Counted from the whole stretch's first letter, positions 13,790-27,555 are shown. The stretch: DNA of 62,934 nucleotides, filler included, from Dicyema japonicum (GCA_011109175.1; 10 parts of 10 records of this genome joined end to end with filler, not necessarily neighbours in it), one strand, 5' to 3'. Notes: a model not told the origin generated them from the sequence alone. Numbers and translations are program-made.

Positions 13790-14350
13790 TGTTGTCGGAA
13801 GCGTCTTCCTCTGAGTTCCACATCCGTTCCGATGCGGAAACCAGATCGACAGTTTTGCCTTACATTCTCTCTCCTGCAGGAAGAGTGAGGCAGAATTCTC
13901 AGACACATGACTTAAAGGTAGTCATTAAGAAATTTTGGTCGACGCTGTACACCCTTCCATGCTCGAACCAGTCGATCTTTGCGGGTGGAACGAGAAACGA
14001 CCAGATGGGATGACAATCTTCCCTTTTGAAGCTGGAAAACCTCTTGTCTTGGACGTCACCTGCACTGACACGTTCGTCTCTTGCAAACTACTCCAGAGTG
14101 CCTCTAGAGCCTGTTCTGCCGCTGAGAAAACCAGAAAGTTGAAACGTAAAATTACGTATGCGGTCATACCAAATGATTTTTGTCCCACTCGCCGTTGAGA
14201 CGAAGGGACGACCCTTTTCCCCTTTACGTCTGGAAGATCTTTGGTCCGGGACGCAACTTGTGTAGACACGTTCTCAAATAGGAATATTTTCAAATCGGTT
14301 CAGACACCAGGAGCTGCTGCTTCGACTGCGGAGAACCTAAAATCAAGAAA
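13790..14350 (+). mobile_element. CRE-clade zinc-knuckle/REL fragments (two abutting pieces)
   Basis: VPHP.RCG..ID..LH.LSCR, LEPV.L..KRPDGMTIFPF..GKPLVLDVTCTDT, second GRSLVRDATCVDT..GAAA..AE. Confidence 0.8.
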
Positions 14351-15689
14351 TATTCTTGCCTCGGGGATCGCTACCGATTTACTCTTGTTGCGGCCAAATA
14401 ATTGGGAGCAAATATTAAAACTATTAGAAATATTAAAACTATTAGAACTCAGAGGCAAAACAAGAAATGAATTTCAAAATCAATTTCCTTTCATACATGT
14501 TTACAAGAACACATAAAGAAGATTTATACTACCAAAATGCTCTAAGATAGTAAAATCATCCAATAAAACTACACCGATCTATATCTTAATAAAAAAGACA
14601 TCAGACTGAATGCTACAAGAGACCACTCAACTTTTTCTTGAGAAAACTAAGAAAACTGGATAACTTTTTTGGCTAAAGCATTTTAAAATTCCGATATTCC
14701 AGTTCACAAATTATGTTATGTTATCCGACCCTTGGAGATCTCATGAACAAGTTTCCTCCACTCTCCCCGATTTGTCGCAATTTGGTAATTGTTATATAAA
14801 AAACTGCTATATTATCTTGTTCCTTTAATTTATATTATTGAACTACAAAAAACATTTTTAAACAATTCAATTTAATTATCGATGAAAGTAAGATTATATT
14901 TTTTGTTAATTTCCATATAAATTGTCCTAAAATAATTCTTAGATTAGTTATTTTTGAGAATAATTTAAAACCCAGATAAATAATTTGTTATATTTTGTTG
15001 TAGTTGAACGTCAAAAATACAAAATAATTTAAAAATAGTAAAATTGTCTTATTTTTATTTTAAATTATCTTAATTGTACTATTTTGTTCTTAAAATGTCC
15101 CACTATAACAGCCCTACTAATAACCATTCTGCTGGTCTTGGAAGTTACACATCCTGATTTCAAAAACTTCACTAACTGGCCTAACAAGTTTGTTCTCTTC
15201 GCCAGACTTTCGTATATTTTTTTCCAAGTGATAGTTTGATCGCCTTGTTTTCTCAAGTCTAGCGAGGATCCTCTTCCTCTAGGAGCTGTAAAACTATCCC
15301 TCGCTTCCACAGATAAGTCTTGGAAAAATCACATTAAGAAAAACAAAAAGCAAGGTATCACCATCCAACTTTAAACTTCTAATGCAGAACAATGCTTNGG
15401 TAATCCACACATCGTACAATAAACGTCAACAGAGTTAAATTCACAATCAGAGTTCCTTATGATTACATCCATATTAGGAAAATGATAATTGATCAGTCAC
15501 ACTACTAGAGTTGAGTTTTTATATAAGAGGCATCGATCTTAAGAGAAAACAGAATCCCTAAATCTCCCATACTTCATGATTAATAGTATATTGAAAAACT
15601 TTCAGTTGTCGGGATTAATTGACATATTGTATATCAATGTTAAGCTCACGATTCAGTAGGGATTACTCCTATTCTCCTATTCGAAAGAT

Positions 15690-15990
15690 GAGAAAATCAA
15701 CAATAGATTATATCATCCATCGGTAGTTTTTGTAAATAATGTCTTCGAAAATAAGCAGAAGTTTTATTATTGAATAACAGTATTGAAAGTTTTCGAAAAG
15801 TCAACTCGACAATGTAAATCATTTTTCTGTGACTTTGGCATATAGCCATAAGCCATCGATGATTCCAAAAGATATCAGCGGTTATCTCTATTTTTCTAAA
15901 TCCTCTTTGACGATAAGTATCGATTAATAGCACTTGATATCCGACGCACCGTACAGTAAAGTTATCAGCAGTCATGTTAATAGAACTATG
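15690..15990 (-). mobile_element. RTE-like RT fragment
   Basis: QRGFRK..TADIFWNHRWLMAICQ, matching SGFRPGRST..HRWLTAICQ at about 35570-35650. Confidence 0.6.
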
Positions 15991-16249
15991 GACTCGTGAT
16001 TCTTAAGTGCCTTGTATTTTAAATTGGATTTTGGTGATCCTAACTTGAATAACCACAAAGCCATAAACATCTTTTCATATAAATTTAGCCCGTGTTGGAA
16101 AGTTAGAATGAATGCTAAGGTTTAATATGTTCAATGACGTTTTCTATGATTTTTGGATGCACAAAAAAAAGATATAGGTCTGTTCGAGTTCGTCTAATCC
16201 TTTGACCTTACGGGTTGACAAAAAATTATTGAACAATAAAATTATATTG

Positions 16250-17287
16250 AAGAATTGAGTGAGTGGAATCCCGAGTCATAGTTCAAATTATAGGTAGCAG
16301 TTTTTTATTAGTGATAGCGTTCATATTCACAGATTATAATGATAATTCTCACATATGAGGATACTGAGGTGCTTCAACTGCGACCTGGTTTTACAAATCG
16401 TTAGAAGATTCTGCTTTGGACTTTAGTTTTCCAAGAATATATGCAAGACACTCTATTACGTGGTCATTGGATTAGGCGACTCGTCATTCGGTGATAAATT
16501 TTGTTCAGTTTGAATTTCTTAAAGTGGAAAATTCGCTACACCTTTTCGGATTGAGGAGAATTTGTCATAGATATGAAACCATAGATATGAAAGATTTGGA
16601 TAAAGCTGACCGTTCTATTCATTCATGCATTAATTTTATTTCCAAATTGAATAATATTGGAGTTTGTGAAGTGCAGACCAAAGTTATCTGTAAATAATAA
16701 TGTTAGTACAAAAAAACAGGTGATGCTACCAAAGAAGGTGGTGAGGTCGTAGATATCGAGGATTTAGTCGGGGTAGTGAAACATAATGGTGACAAACCTA
16801 AGATGTTGACTCCCCAAATTAGTAAAAATCTTCAAAAGCAGGGTTATAAGCTTGTTGGGAGTCACAGTGGAGTCAAACTCTGTCGATGGACTAAGGTATC
16901 TGATTATTTTAAGTATTTAGGCAATGTTGAGGGGTCGTGGTGGGTGCTATAAACACTCATTTTACGTAATTGGAAGTCATCAGTGTATGGAGGCGACTCC
17001 CAGTCTGGCTTATGCTAACAAATGTCTTTTTTGCTGGCGGTTTTTGACTAAATCTATTCTAGACATCAAACTAATCCAACGGGGACAGAGTGGAAGTGTG
17101 AAATGAACGAACCTGAAGAAATTGTCAAACAGTTCGTCGACAACCACCGACAAATGATCAAATCTTACCGCAGTGTTCCAAGAGTTACTGCCGAAAGACT
17201 AAAGGAGGCCATGACAATTCGACACTGCGCTCTGTCGTCGGTTGGGGAACCTATAGTGTACCCCAAAATAAATAATATCGCTGATCT
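16250..17287 (+). pseudogene. TYW1: TYW1 tRNA-wybutosine synthase (flavodoxin plus radical SAM), probably decaying; cut off by gap
   Basis: Spliced (introns 16683-16706, 16896-16920, 17040-17062) gives KQGYKLVGSHSGVKLCRWTK-AMLRGRGGCYKH..TPSLAYANKCLFCWRH..CALSSVGEP; upstream flavodoxin pieces TWFYKSLEDSALDF, VIGLGDS have frameshifts. Confidence 0.85.
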
Positions 17288-17387
17288 NNNNNNNNNNNNN
17301 NNNNNNNNNNNNNNNNNNNNNNNNNNNNNNNTTAATTAATTAANNNNNNNNNNNNNNNNNNNNNNNNNNNNNNNNNNNNNNNNNNNN

Positions 17388-17700
17388 CTCCTTTAGGGAT
17401 TTTTACTGGAATTTCCTGGCTTTCCGGAGGTTTGAGATCTTTAAGAGAGTGTGGTCAGTATGTGGTAGTGTAAAGTTTGGCTGAGCTATTTATTCCCGCC
17501 TGAGGACCTCCTTTACAGTGCAAGAAAAGCACAGCCAACTCGACAGCGTCTCGGCGCAAGCTTTACTAATTTTTATGCAGTTCAAATGGACGAATAATTC
17601 ACATGGCCTGCAGTTAATTCCAAATTTCCTGAATTCGATTGTCCACATAAAAGACATACCTGAGTTGTCCTTACTGGCATTGTTCCTCGTACTTTGTCTT
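17388..17700 (-). mobile_element. 5' part of a second, diverged PHD-bearing CRE element
   Basis: CLLC..KFGINCRPC..FVHLNC..WLCFSC (17656-17520, one frameshift) and IPVKIPKG, collinear with 31883-32200. Confidence 0.75.
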
Positions 17701-18719
17701 CTTTTTGTTCTTTATTTTCCATCTGAGATTTTCGTTGATCACACCACAGAACACGTTTTTTCGAATTATTAATTATTATATATAAAAAAACATTAAAACA
17801 ATATTTTATGCTCTACGATTCAAGGAAGAATTCGAAATTCAGAATGATCGACTGTATTCCCTATCCAATAAAATTGTCGATTCATCAATGAAATTTAGTC
17901 AATATCCATCGACTTAATAAAGATGAAATATTGTGAAGGATCCAGAGGAAGTAAAGAAATGTTCTACGCAGAAAATAATAAAATTCCATAATTGAACAGG
18001 AAATTAAAAATATAACCTATTACGATTCAAACGGATATTTTGTAATGTTTTATTGAGAAATAATAAAGAAGTTGAAATTTTTAATAAAAAAACAGAAATT
18101 TCAAATACTAATATGAAAAACTATATTATTTGAGCTATATCAAATTTTTGTTTTAATAATGGTAGAGAAACCGGATACATTTCTTTCCAGTGTCGGACGA
18201 AGGTTGCTTCGAAGAGATGCGATTCCCAGAAAGGAATCTGGTTTAGACAGAGCCAGTGGGAACGCCATCTCAATCCAGGCCTCTTAACTAAAAATCTTTA
18301 GATGCGATTCCCAGAAAGGAATCTGGTTTAGACAGAGCCAGTGGGAACGCCATCTCAATCCAGGCCTCTTAACTAAAAATCTTTACTTGTTTTTTTTCAG
18401 ACAAATAATGTTACGTTTTTTTAAGAATTAAAATTTACTTTGAGGTTCATGAATCCTATTATTTAATTTATTAACCCCGGATACACCGATTATGATATTT
18501 CTAAATGCTATATTTTAAATTTTAATTGCTATAAAAATTTCAATACTAATAATAATCAACAATATGAGATTTATGACTAGGCTAACATATCCTTCTTATT
18601 TTACGAGGATCTTCACCAGTCACCTGACTTACACTTCGGACTGTGGGTTCCCCCATTCACTAGTGTCATTGGTTACCCAGTCTTCCAGACGCCTCGAAGC
18701 GTAAAGGATTTCCTCAATT

Positions 18720-19550
18720 AGTGTCTTGACTCCATGTTTGTACTCGACAATCATACTTTCTGATGTTTTATTTAACAAGCAGATTAAATATAAGCTTTTA
18801 TTGGCACATCAATCGACAAAGCTTTCAATTGATTTCTGTTGTGGAGATAATACTGCCCATGTCAAGCCACAGGATAAACATGTTCAATTCTCCAGCGAGC
18901 AAGTCATACATGTGTAGTTTTTTCACCTCTGTATGGTTGAATTCTTCTAGTGAGGTGATTCCAACTTGTATAATCACAATATCATTCTTCATTTTGTCAC
19001 ACGAAAATGTCTGGCTTATTGTATTGAACTTCAGTGTCAGTCATGATGGAAGTGTCAACTCGGATTTCCACCCTCTGCGTCGTAACAATTGATCGAACTG
19101 AGTGTGTTTTTAGAAGTTTAGAATTCTTGATGGCATACATTCAACATAAATGCAGATAAATGAATCTAACAACTTCGTTGTCTCCTCACATAGTCACTAT
19201 TCAACATTCTGCTACAACGTAAATGATCCATTGTTTTCTTAACCTTATTTTCATAACTACAAACCGAATCATTGGTATCAAAAAACAAGTTCCTGATCTG
19301 GAGCAAACAAAACATGCCATCCGATCTCAGACTATTATTTCAACTGGTTAACCACTCCGAAGATCCCGTCAGATCAACGTTTCCATTTTCGTAAATGTTA
19401 TTCAGGTAAATCGGCTTTTTTGCAATATAATCAATCACGACTTTATCCTTAATTGAGTTAGATCCATCTTGTACTTTATAGATAAAAAAGTCATATGCGT
19501 TTTCTTTGTTTTCAAGAAGCGTGGCTATTTACCGTTTAACCTCTCGGCTT
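18720..19550 (-). mobile_element. R4-like REL retroelement C-terminal remnant
   Basis: MDHL..CSRMLNSDYVRR.NEVVR, EIRVDTSIMTD..YNKPDIFV, IIQVGITS, YDLLAGEL. Confidence 0.8.
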
Positions 19551-19554
19551 TCTC

Positions 19555-19690
19555 ATCACCCTAACAGGCTCCAGAGGCACTTTGGAATATGTTGTAAGGT
19601 AGAAACTGGCGTTGCAAGTTACGTCACAGATAATAGGTTTCCCTACTTCAAAAGTGAAGATGGTTATTAAGATTATTTCCTCTTGGCTAC
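19555..19690 (-). mobile_element. CRE REL fragment
   Basis: IFTFEVGKPIICDVTC..FQSASGAC, homologous to 14010-14110. Confidence 0.55.
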
Positions 19691-19868
19691 AAAAATGAAT
19701 TGTAGGTAATGTTACATGTAGTATATCAAAAATAAGATTATTTAATCACAATAAATTTAAAATAATATAAACTTGTATTACGACATTTGATTTTATAAAA
19801 ATTGACGTAAAAAACGAATATATTCAGATTATAAAAATAAATTATTTTCGACAAATTCGACATAAAAT

Positions 19869-20586
19869 ATGGAACAATCAAGTAATCAAGATTTATTGAA
19901 TTTAGGGAAAAAAATGAAATTATGGGAATTTTTACTTTATCTTTTGAATGATCAAGAAAACTCTAATATTATTCGATGGATAAACAATGAATCGGAATTC
20001 AAATTTATAAATCCTGAAGAAGTGGCTCGACGTTGGGGAATGTACAAAAATAAACCAAGAATGAATTATCGAACGCTTTCTCGAGGATTGAGGAATTATT
20101 ATGGAGGAGCAAACATAATCCAAAAAGTAAAAGGACAAAATTTTGTCTACAAATATCTTAATTATCAAAATCAAGTAATTTACATAATAAACATAGATTA
20201 TCGAAAACCCAACAAGAAATAGACGAACATCAAATTTACCCTTTTCAATAGAAAATTTAATAAATATTCATCCTCCACGTTATGGTAGGATAAACCCAAC
20301 AGGGGTTAGACAAACATCAAATTTACCTTCTTCAATAGAAAATTTAATCGATGTTCATCCTCCACGTTATGGTAGGATAAACCCAACAGGGGATAGACAA
20401 ACATCAAATTTACCTTCTGTAATAGAAAATATTATTGATATTCATCCACCAAATGATAGTACGATGAACCCAACAGAAGATAGACCTTCAGTAGAAAATG
20501 TAATCGAAAATCAAAATAACGAATCAAATAAATCTCTGTCATTTTCTTTGGAGAACTTAATTGATATTAATAAACACAAACCATAG
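19869..20586 (+). CDS. ETS-domain transcription factor, about 231 aa, two exons (intron 20175-20196)
   Basis: LWEFLL.LL.D..IRW..EFK..PEEVARRWG..KNKP.MNY..LSRGLR.YY..II.KV.G..FVYK; a 22-nt GT-AG intron opens an uninterrupted 130-codon second exon ending at TAG 20584-20586. Confidence 0.9.
20206..20500 (+). repeat. Coding tandem repeat, 87-bp (29-aa) unit, about 3.5 copies
   Basis: Units begin AAC CCA ACA at 20206, 20293, 20380 and 20467; NPT..R.TSNLP.SIENLI..HPP..GRI. Confidence 0.9.
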
Positions 20587-23500
20587 TTTAAATTTATATA
20601 ATAATTTGTTTATTAACCAACTGTAAGCACTTGGGACAACNTAAATCTCTGTCCATTTCTTTGGAGAACTTAATTGATATTAATAAACACAAACCATAGT
20701 TTAAATTTATATAATAATTTGTTTATTAACCAACTGTAAGCACTTGGGACAACATGATCATATTTATTGCAGATAAAATAATATGCAGTGATTAAAATTT
20801 GAGTTTATTAGAATAATATATAAACATGTTTTATATATTAAAATTTAAACCTACATTTTATTTCATATCCATTCAGTAAATATGATCAATCAAATTCCAA
20901 TTGGCAGCTTTTATTTAAAATTTAATTGATATTCATCCTCCATAAAAAGACCAATCAAATTCCAATCTGCCGTTTTCGAAATTTGATTGATGTTCAACGG
21001 TTATATAAAATAAGGACCAATTAAATTTATTTTTTCACCAAAAAAATTTAATTGATTCATCACCCTGTTTGCACCTTCAGACGGAAGAAAATTGATACTC
21101 TTATTGTATTTACCATACACTCACTTTGAAAGTGTTCAACAGTTATATAAAATAAGGACCAATTAAATTTATTTTTTCACCAAAAAAATTTAATTGATTC
21201 ATCACCCTGTTTGCACCTTCAGACGGAAGAAAATTGATACTCTTATTGTATTTACCATACACTCACTTTGAAAGTGGTAATGTTTGCACTTTTTGCTTGC
21301 ATTGGAATTTGAATATTGACTAAGCTATATTTTCATAATTCCCGGAGAAAGCTTCTGAGTTTTGACTTTTCAGTTCTATTATGTGGTTTAGACAAAAACC
21401 CTTACAGTTTAGACCCTCTGTACTGTTTTCTGATTTTATTATTTTGTATTCCGAGAAGTTTTTCCATCTGTAGAATCTCTAATTTCAGTAATTTCACGTT
21501 TTCATCTCCTTAATCGAATTTTTCATTTGAGAGGAGAACATGTGTTGCAGTAAATTTCCCAATTCTTTTATGAACATTACTAAATATATACCAAATTTTA
21601 CGTTTCCAGTGAATCCTCAGGAATAGTGTCTATAAACCTAAGATAATATTATCTTGTGAAGGGACTATAGGACACTATTCTCAACAATGTTCTATCCATC
21701 TCTTCGAAAGAATAGATTGTGAAGCAATGAGGTTATTCATACAAATAAAACAAATATTTATGAAATTCCACTAATGTTCTNNNNNNNNNNNNNNNNNNNN
21801 NNNNNNNNNNNNNNNNNNNNNNNNTTAATTAATTAANNNNNNNNNNNNNNNNNNNNNNNNNNNNNNNNNNNNNNNNNNNNGTGAAGATTACATTATGAAA
21901 ACTATTCCTCCAAATAATGAAGTGACATCCGCGATTTTAAGACGTGCGACGAAAATGGAAGACTTCTCCAACCATCTCCTCCACCTATCTTCGGAAGCGG
22001 AAGCTTGTAATGGAGGGAGTATTGGAGGATGGATTTGATGTTCTCCCCTGGGTTCCTTCTTTAGATTAATTAGTTAACTTATTGTGTTGGACTTACAAAA
22101 TATTGTAGGCATGAGGTTAATAATAATAATAAACAAGAACCGATTTACAGCCATGTTCGTTTGGACGTTGGATAGGAAAGTCCCTTGATTGCTGCTGTGA
22201 TAGATAGGTTAAAGAAGGTATTGCTCATTAAGTATAATACTACGAGTCACAGCCAAGACACACAGCATAGATATCATATTATTATTATTATTAAAAAGCT
22301 GGAAGATAGGTTAAAGAAGGTATTGCTCATTAAGTATAATACTACGAGTCACAGCCAAAACACACAGCATAGATATCATATTATTATTATTATTAAAAAG
22401 CACTCCCAAGAAAACATAAATTAGTTAAGTTTACATTGTGCCGTCTATAGCATTGGCTTTTATCCTCTTCTTAATTTAACAGCTAACAGTTTCTTTATTG
22501 ATTGCTAATTTTATGAATCACCGATTTACACGATTTGTTGGAAGTAGTCGTTTATAGGGATTGCCTCTAAATTTAGCCTTATAGCATAATCATCGGGCAG
22601 TTACCAGTTAGCTTAGTGATTAGCGTGGCTTTGGTACATTATAACCTAGTTCTGAGAACACTTAGTGTCTTAATGATGGAACCTTTCGTTCTTGGGCTTA
22701 GGAGACATTGAATAAAAGGAAGCATTGGATGATCTTGTATATGACTACCTTGATGAAAAAAAGGGTCGTTAGTTTTAATTCCAGAATGTTTTCAATACAT
22801 TCGAATTCTGAACCTGATTGAGTCCAAATCTTCGAATGGATATGCAGACGGTCTCGTCTTGTTTTTTGTGGAAATCTGAACCAACCAACCATTTTAAGGA
22901 TAAAGACATTTTACTTAAGAAATCATAATATATTTTACCTTCTCTTTCTTCCCTTCTTATTTGTTGATTTCTTGAAAGGATTGTCCTTAGCTAACTAAGT
23001 GATCCTAAACGACAAATGGAAAATCTATACTGGAAAGGTGGTACATCCTGTACAGTTCTTTTCATTGAGTCAACACATATTTTGTGAGGTTTTTATAAAT
23101 CTGAGAAGGACTTTGTAAAAAAGGGCTGTTCTAGAATTGACCTCTTCATCCTTGACACTTCCTATGGATCGACTTTTTCTGATTTCTCCAATTCATATCG
23201 ATTCTTGTAAGTCAAAAAAATAAATGGAAATCTCATAAATCCTCAATTAAAGCTCAAGTACCTTTTTCTGTGGAATTTTCTTTACTGACGTTCTCTTAAA
23301 TAAATCACTGGCACATAAAAAACTTCGAATGGCTTTCAACAATTAGCTGCTTGTTGAAGAGATCATGCTCGGTTTGGAATAAATATAAGCAAACCTGAGG
23401 ACCATGGGTGAAATCGACGAATAATGAGTACTAGTAAAAGTACTCGCTGAAATCATTGACAATCTAAATGTCCCCGATAATGACAAACATAGAATTTCTG

Positions 23501-26500
23501 ATAACAACAACATTTTTTCGAAGCTTGGGTTACAACTTAGTTTATTAGCTGGAATAATTGATATTCTGTAGTTACCTAAAGAAAATAAATAAGTATTGAA
23601 TGCGCTCATGCCTGGGTCTGAGCCTATTTCAAATTGAATGAGCCATCTTTGAGAAGTTTACAAGAGAGCTATTTGTTAGTTATAAATTCTCTATTGTTCT
23701 ACTAGCAACATTATCCTCTGAACTCGTGATTTCTCAGACATTACATTATTTTTGTACAACAAGTTATTCGTTCAAAAAAACAATTTTTTTTAAATATTAT
23801 TCTATTTAAAAAATTAAATTTAAATAAATAAAACGTGTTTCTTTTGTGGTGTATTTTATTTGGTAGCGCTGATTTATAAATTTTTCTTCTAGACTTTATA
23901 AATCTCTTAATGTCTTGCGATGATTATTAAACCCTGAATGAGTTATGATTATATCTACTGGGCTATGAGCAAGATCCCTTGCAATGCATTTCGTTTAGAA
24001 TGGTAGTTTATTTACTTAACAAATCTTTATTAACCTCTAAAGTGTTATAAATTAGTACGCAGCTTTCGTGATTCCGCCCATTCTTTGATACGATTTGTAT
24101 GGGAATGACTTGATCAGCCATCACTTTGTGTTCCTTTTTTGCTGTCAATAATCCGATTCCATGTTGGAAGTAATGCGTTTTGCCGACTATATTCTCCTAG
24201 GATTCGGTTATGACAGGTTTGTAAATGAACTGTCTTCATAAGGTCAGTATTTTTATCTTTCAGTATTTAGGTTCCATAGTTATAATATCCATTTAATTTA
24301 TTTTTACCTTGTTAACTACTTTTTCTACTTGATCAAAAAATGATGAATATGGAGAATCACTTATACTAGAAATAGCTGAAATAGCATCTTAATCATCAAA
24401 CGTCTTCTCTGGGAGCGTCCAAACTGACTGGCATCTCAAGTTCAACTGCCCTGTAATATGACATACTCACTAAACCCGCTTTATGTGAGGTCATTTAAGA
24501 CTAACACTTGATAAACTGAGGGTTATGATAATTACAATATTCCTGAACTTTTGGGCAATCTCACTGACACGATCCACCAACGGACAAAAGGCGTTGGGAA
24601 CACAATTTTGAGACAGACATTGTTTAAGAGCAAAATCAGTTCAGAGATATAAATAAACAACATTTAGATCACTTTACAGAAAATACCTTTCAGCATCTAG
24701 CATGGAAACACTTTAATTGTCTTGTTACGTAATAAATTGATTTTGTTCCAAAAAATTATTGTGATACAAAGTCCAGAAAAGTAGGTATTCTTTTATGAAG
24801 TTAATTTTTATCTTTTTATCATATTTTTAATTTATGTTTTTAAAACATTCAATATATTTTCCTAGTGATTGAATTTGCTGGCGTTTTTTGTATTCTAATG
24901 AGCGATTGGCTGAATGACGGTGGCGCGTTCCATAGTTCATTCCTATCGTGGCCTCGAGAGGCATTGGTGGCTAGAACTCTTCAGAAATCCATCGTTCCGA
25001 ATTTTGAAGGATCTTTTTTGGTTAGCCTCGATCTTCATGACATTTGTCCGAGAGATGAATGAGGCAAATATCACATGCGTAAGAAATCATTGATCAATGT
25101 ATTGTTTGTATATAGTACTCAAAATAGATCAGTCAACAACTGATGTTTGATTCTAGTATTAACCCATAGAAATGCTTACATTTATTTATAGATAATATAA
25201 AGTCCCTTGACGAGAGGAATGCTGCTCATATCACTCTATGTGAGTGTTTTTTGCATGTTTTTGAGTTTTTTGATATTTTTCAAGAATGTCTCTTACTTTA
25301 AGATCTTCAATATATCCTAATATCACTCTATGTGAGTGTTTTTTGCATGTTTTTGAGTTTTTTGATATTTTTCAAGAATGTCTCTTACTTTAAGATCTTC
25401 AATATATTTTACATGTTCAAAAATCTTAATGATTTTATTTTTGCAATATTTCATAAAGTAATCGATTTGAATTTGTTTTAAGATTTAAAAGCTAAATTAT
25501 AATGTGAGTGAATAATTGATTAATTCTCTTTTCTATTTATTTTTGACTCTCGTGACCTTATGTCTATCTTTGTCCAGTTGCTTGTGTGGATAACACCCTT
25601 ATTTAAAGTTTTCTCATTAACTACACTTTAAGCTAAATAAAGAGCATCACGAACTCCTAGTTGAAATCCTTATAAGATCCCAGTACTCGATATGCTTTTC
25701 TCTACCAAATGTTTCTTATTTGAATCAATTCTCACGGTAAAAACAAAACCCATGATATTCCGTCATCCAAGAACTTAGTCCTATTTTTTTCAGTTATGTT
25801 GAGGTTGCTTTACTCCATTTTTATTTCAAATTGGTAATTTGTTTCGAACATACTCCGGAATATTGATTCTCAAAACTTTTCTCCTCGCCGGGACCTCCGG
25901 AGAACATCGAAGACCTGTAGAGAGGACGGTCAGTCTCCAAAAAGGTAGCAAGATGGAGGTTTTTAATCATTAATAATTTTCCTCACCAGCCAGCTGCTCC
26001 AGCCGTGGAAAATTTGCCGCCACGTGGTAAAATATTGAAATATTTTCTACCAAAAGGTTAGACTGGCTTTTTAATCTTAGGGTTGTCACGTGTATTTCTT
26101 TATGGCACAGACAAACATACTGGCTATGGAATTTCGCATACTTTCTTTATCCCAGTGACTGCCAGTTTGAATTTGAGTCAAGACCAGAAGCTCTTTTGCA
26201 GTCTCTTATGAGTTGAATGCGTTCTGGGCCTGTTGGAACTGATTTTGGTTTACGATTGTTTAGATTTCCTACGGACAAAGCGACATTTGGGTTNGTGTAT
26301 TTCTTTATGGCACAGACAAACATACTGGCTATGGAATTTCGCATACTTTCTTTATCCCAGTGACTGCCAGTTTGAATTTGAGTCAAGACCAGAAGCTCTT
26401 TTGCAGTCTCTTATGAATTGAATGCGTTTTGGGCCTGTTGGAACTGATTTTGGTTGACGATTGTTTAGATTTCCTACGGACAACGCGACATTTGGGTTGA

Positions 26501-27555
26501 TTTATATGAAAACATAGGTTATTCGATTTCCTTTAAAGTCTGTGTCACGTTNTGCGTTCTGGGCCTGTTGAAACTGATTTTGGTTAACGATTGTTTAGAT
26601 TTCCTACGGACAACGCGACATTTGGGTTGATTTATATGAAAACATAGGTTATTCGATTTCCTTTGAAGTCTGTGTCACGTTTACTTCCGCGCTGTTTAGA
26701 TTTTGGCGAGTCTTCCTACAATGTCAAATATGTGAAAGGGCAGTCAAGAGACCACGTTGGTGGGTTCTTGGTTTTGACATGTTATATTATCGTTAAAATG
26801 TGATTTTGGAGATTAATTCGACGATATGAGTCATAAAAGCCAAAAACTCTAATGCTTGATGAAAGTTAATATTGTCTACGGTCGGTTGATCGTGAAACGC
26901 CTTATGATTTCTGCCGAAAAGTTGATATGTACTTTATTCACATTAGACCGTTGTTCCAAAAAGAACCGAAAATTTTAATCGTTCTGCTCAGATACCAGTA
27001 ACAAGGCCTTTCTCACTTCTTGGATTAATGTACTACAGACTGTTAAATTTTTACTCCCATTCGAAGCAAATCTTCACCAAAGGCCTCCAGAGAGTAACCT
27101 TATACGTACACTTGTTCAGAGGACCGTTTTAAATTCGCGCTGGCTGTAGAGTATGCCTATGTTTTTTGAAGATATACGATATCGGAGACTATGTTCGACA
27201 GACTAAACTAAATCTATCAAACAACCATACTTATATTAAATCATCAGTTACTCCCCTACTCACGGATACTACTATCGTAGTTGTGGGTCTCGATTCCTCC
27301 GCGTCTGTGATGAAGATAGAAACCCAGTTCGCCTGTCTATATCAAAGGCAAAAAAACTGATTTGTACAAAAGTTNNNNNNNNNNNNNNNNNNNNNNNNNN
27401 NNNNNNNNNNNNNNNNNNTTAATTAATTAANNNNNNNNNNNNNNNNNNNNNNNNNNNNNNNNNNNNNNNNNNNNCAGTAACTAAAATATCCTAATATCTT
27501 TTTATATCAATGAGATTAAATAATAATTATTATTTAATTGGCTTGTGTTTAATCA

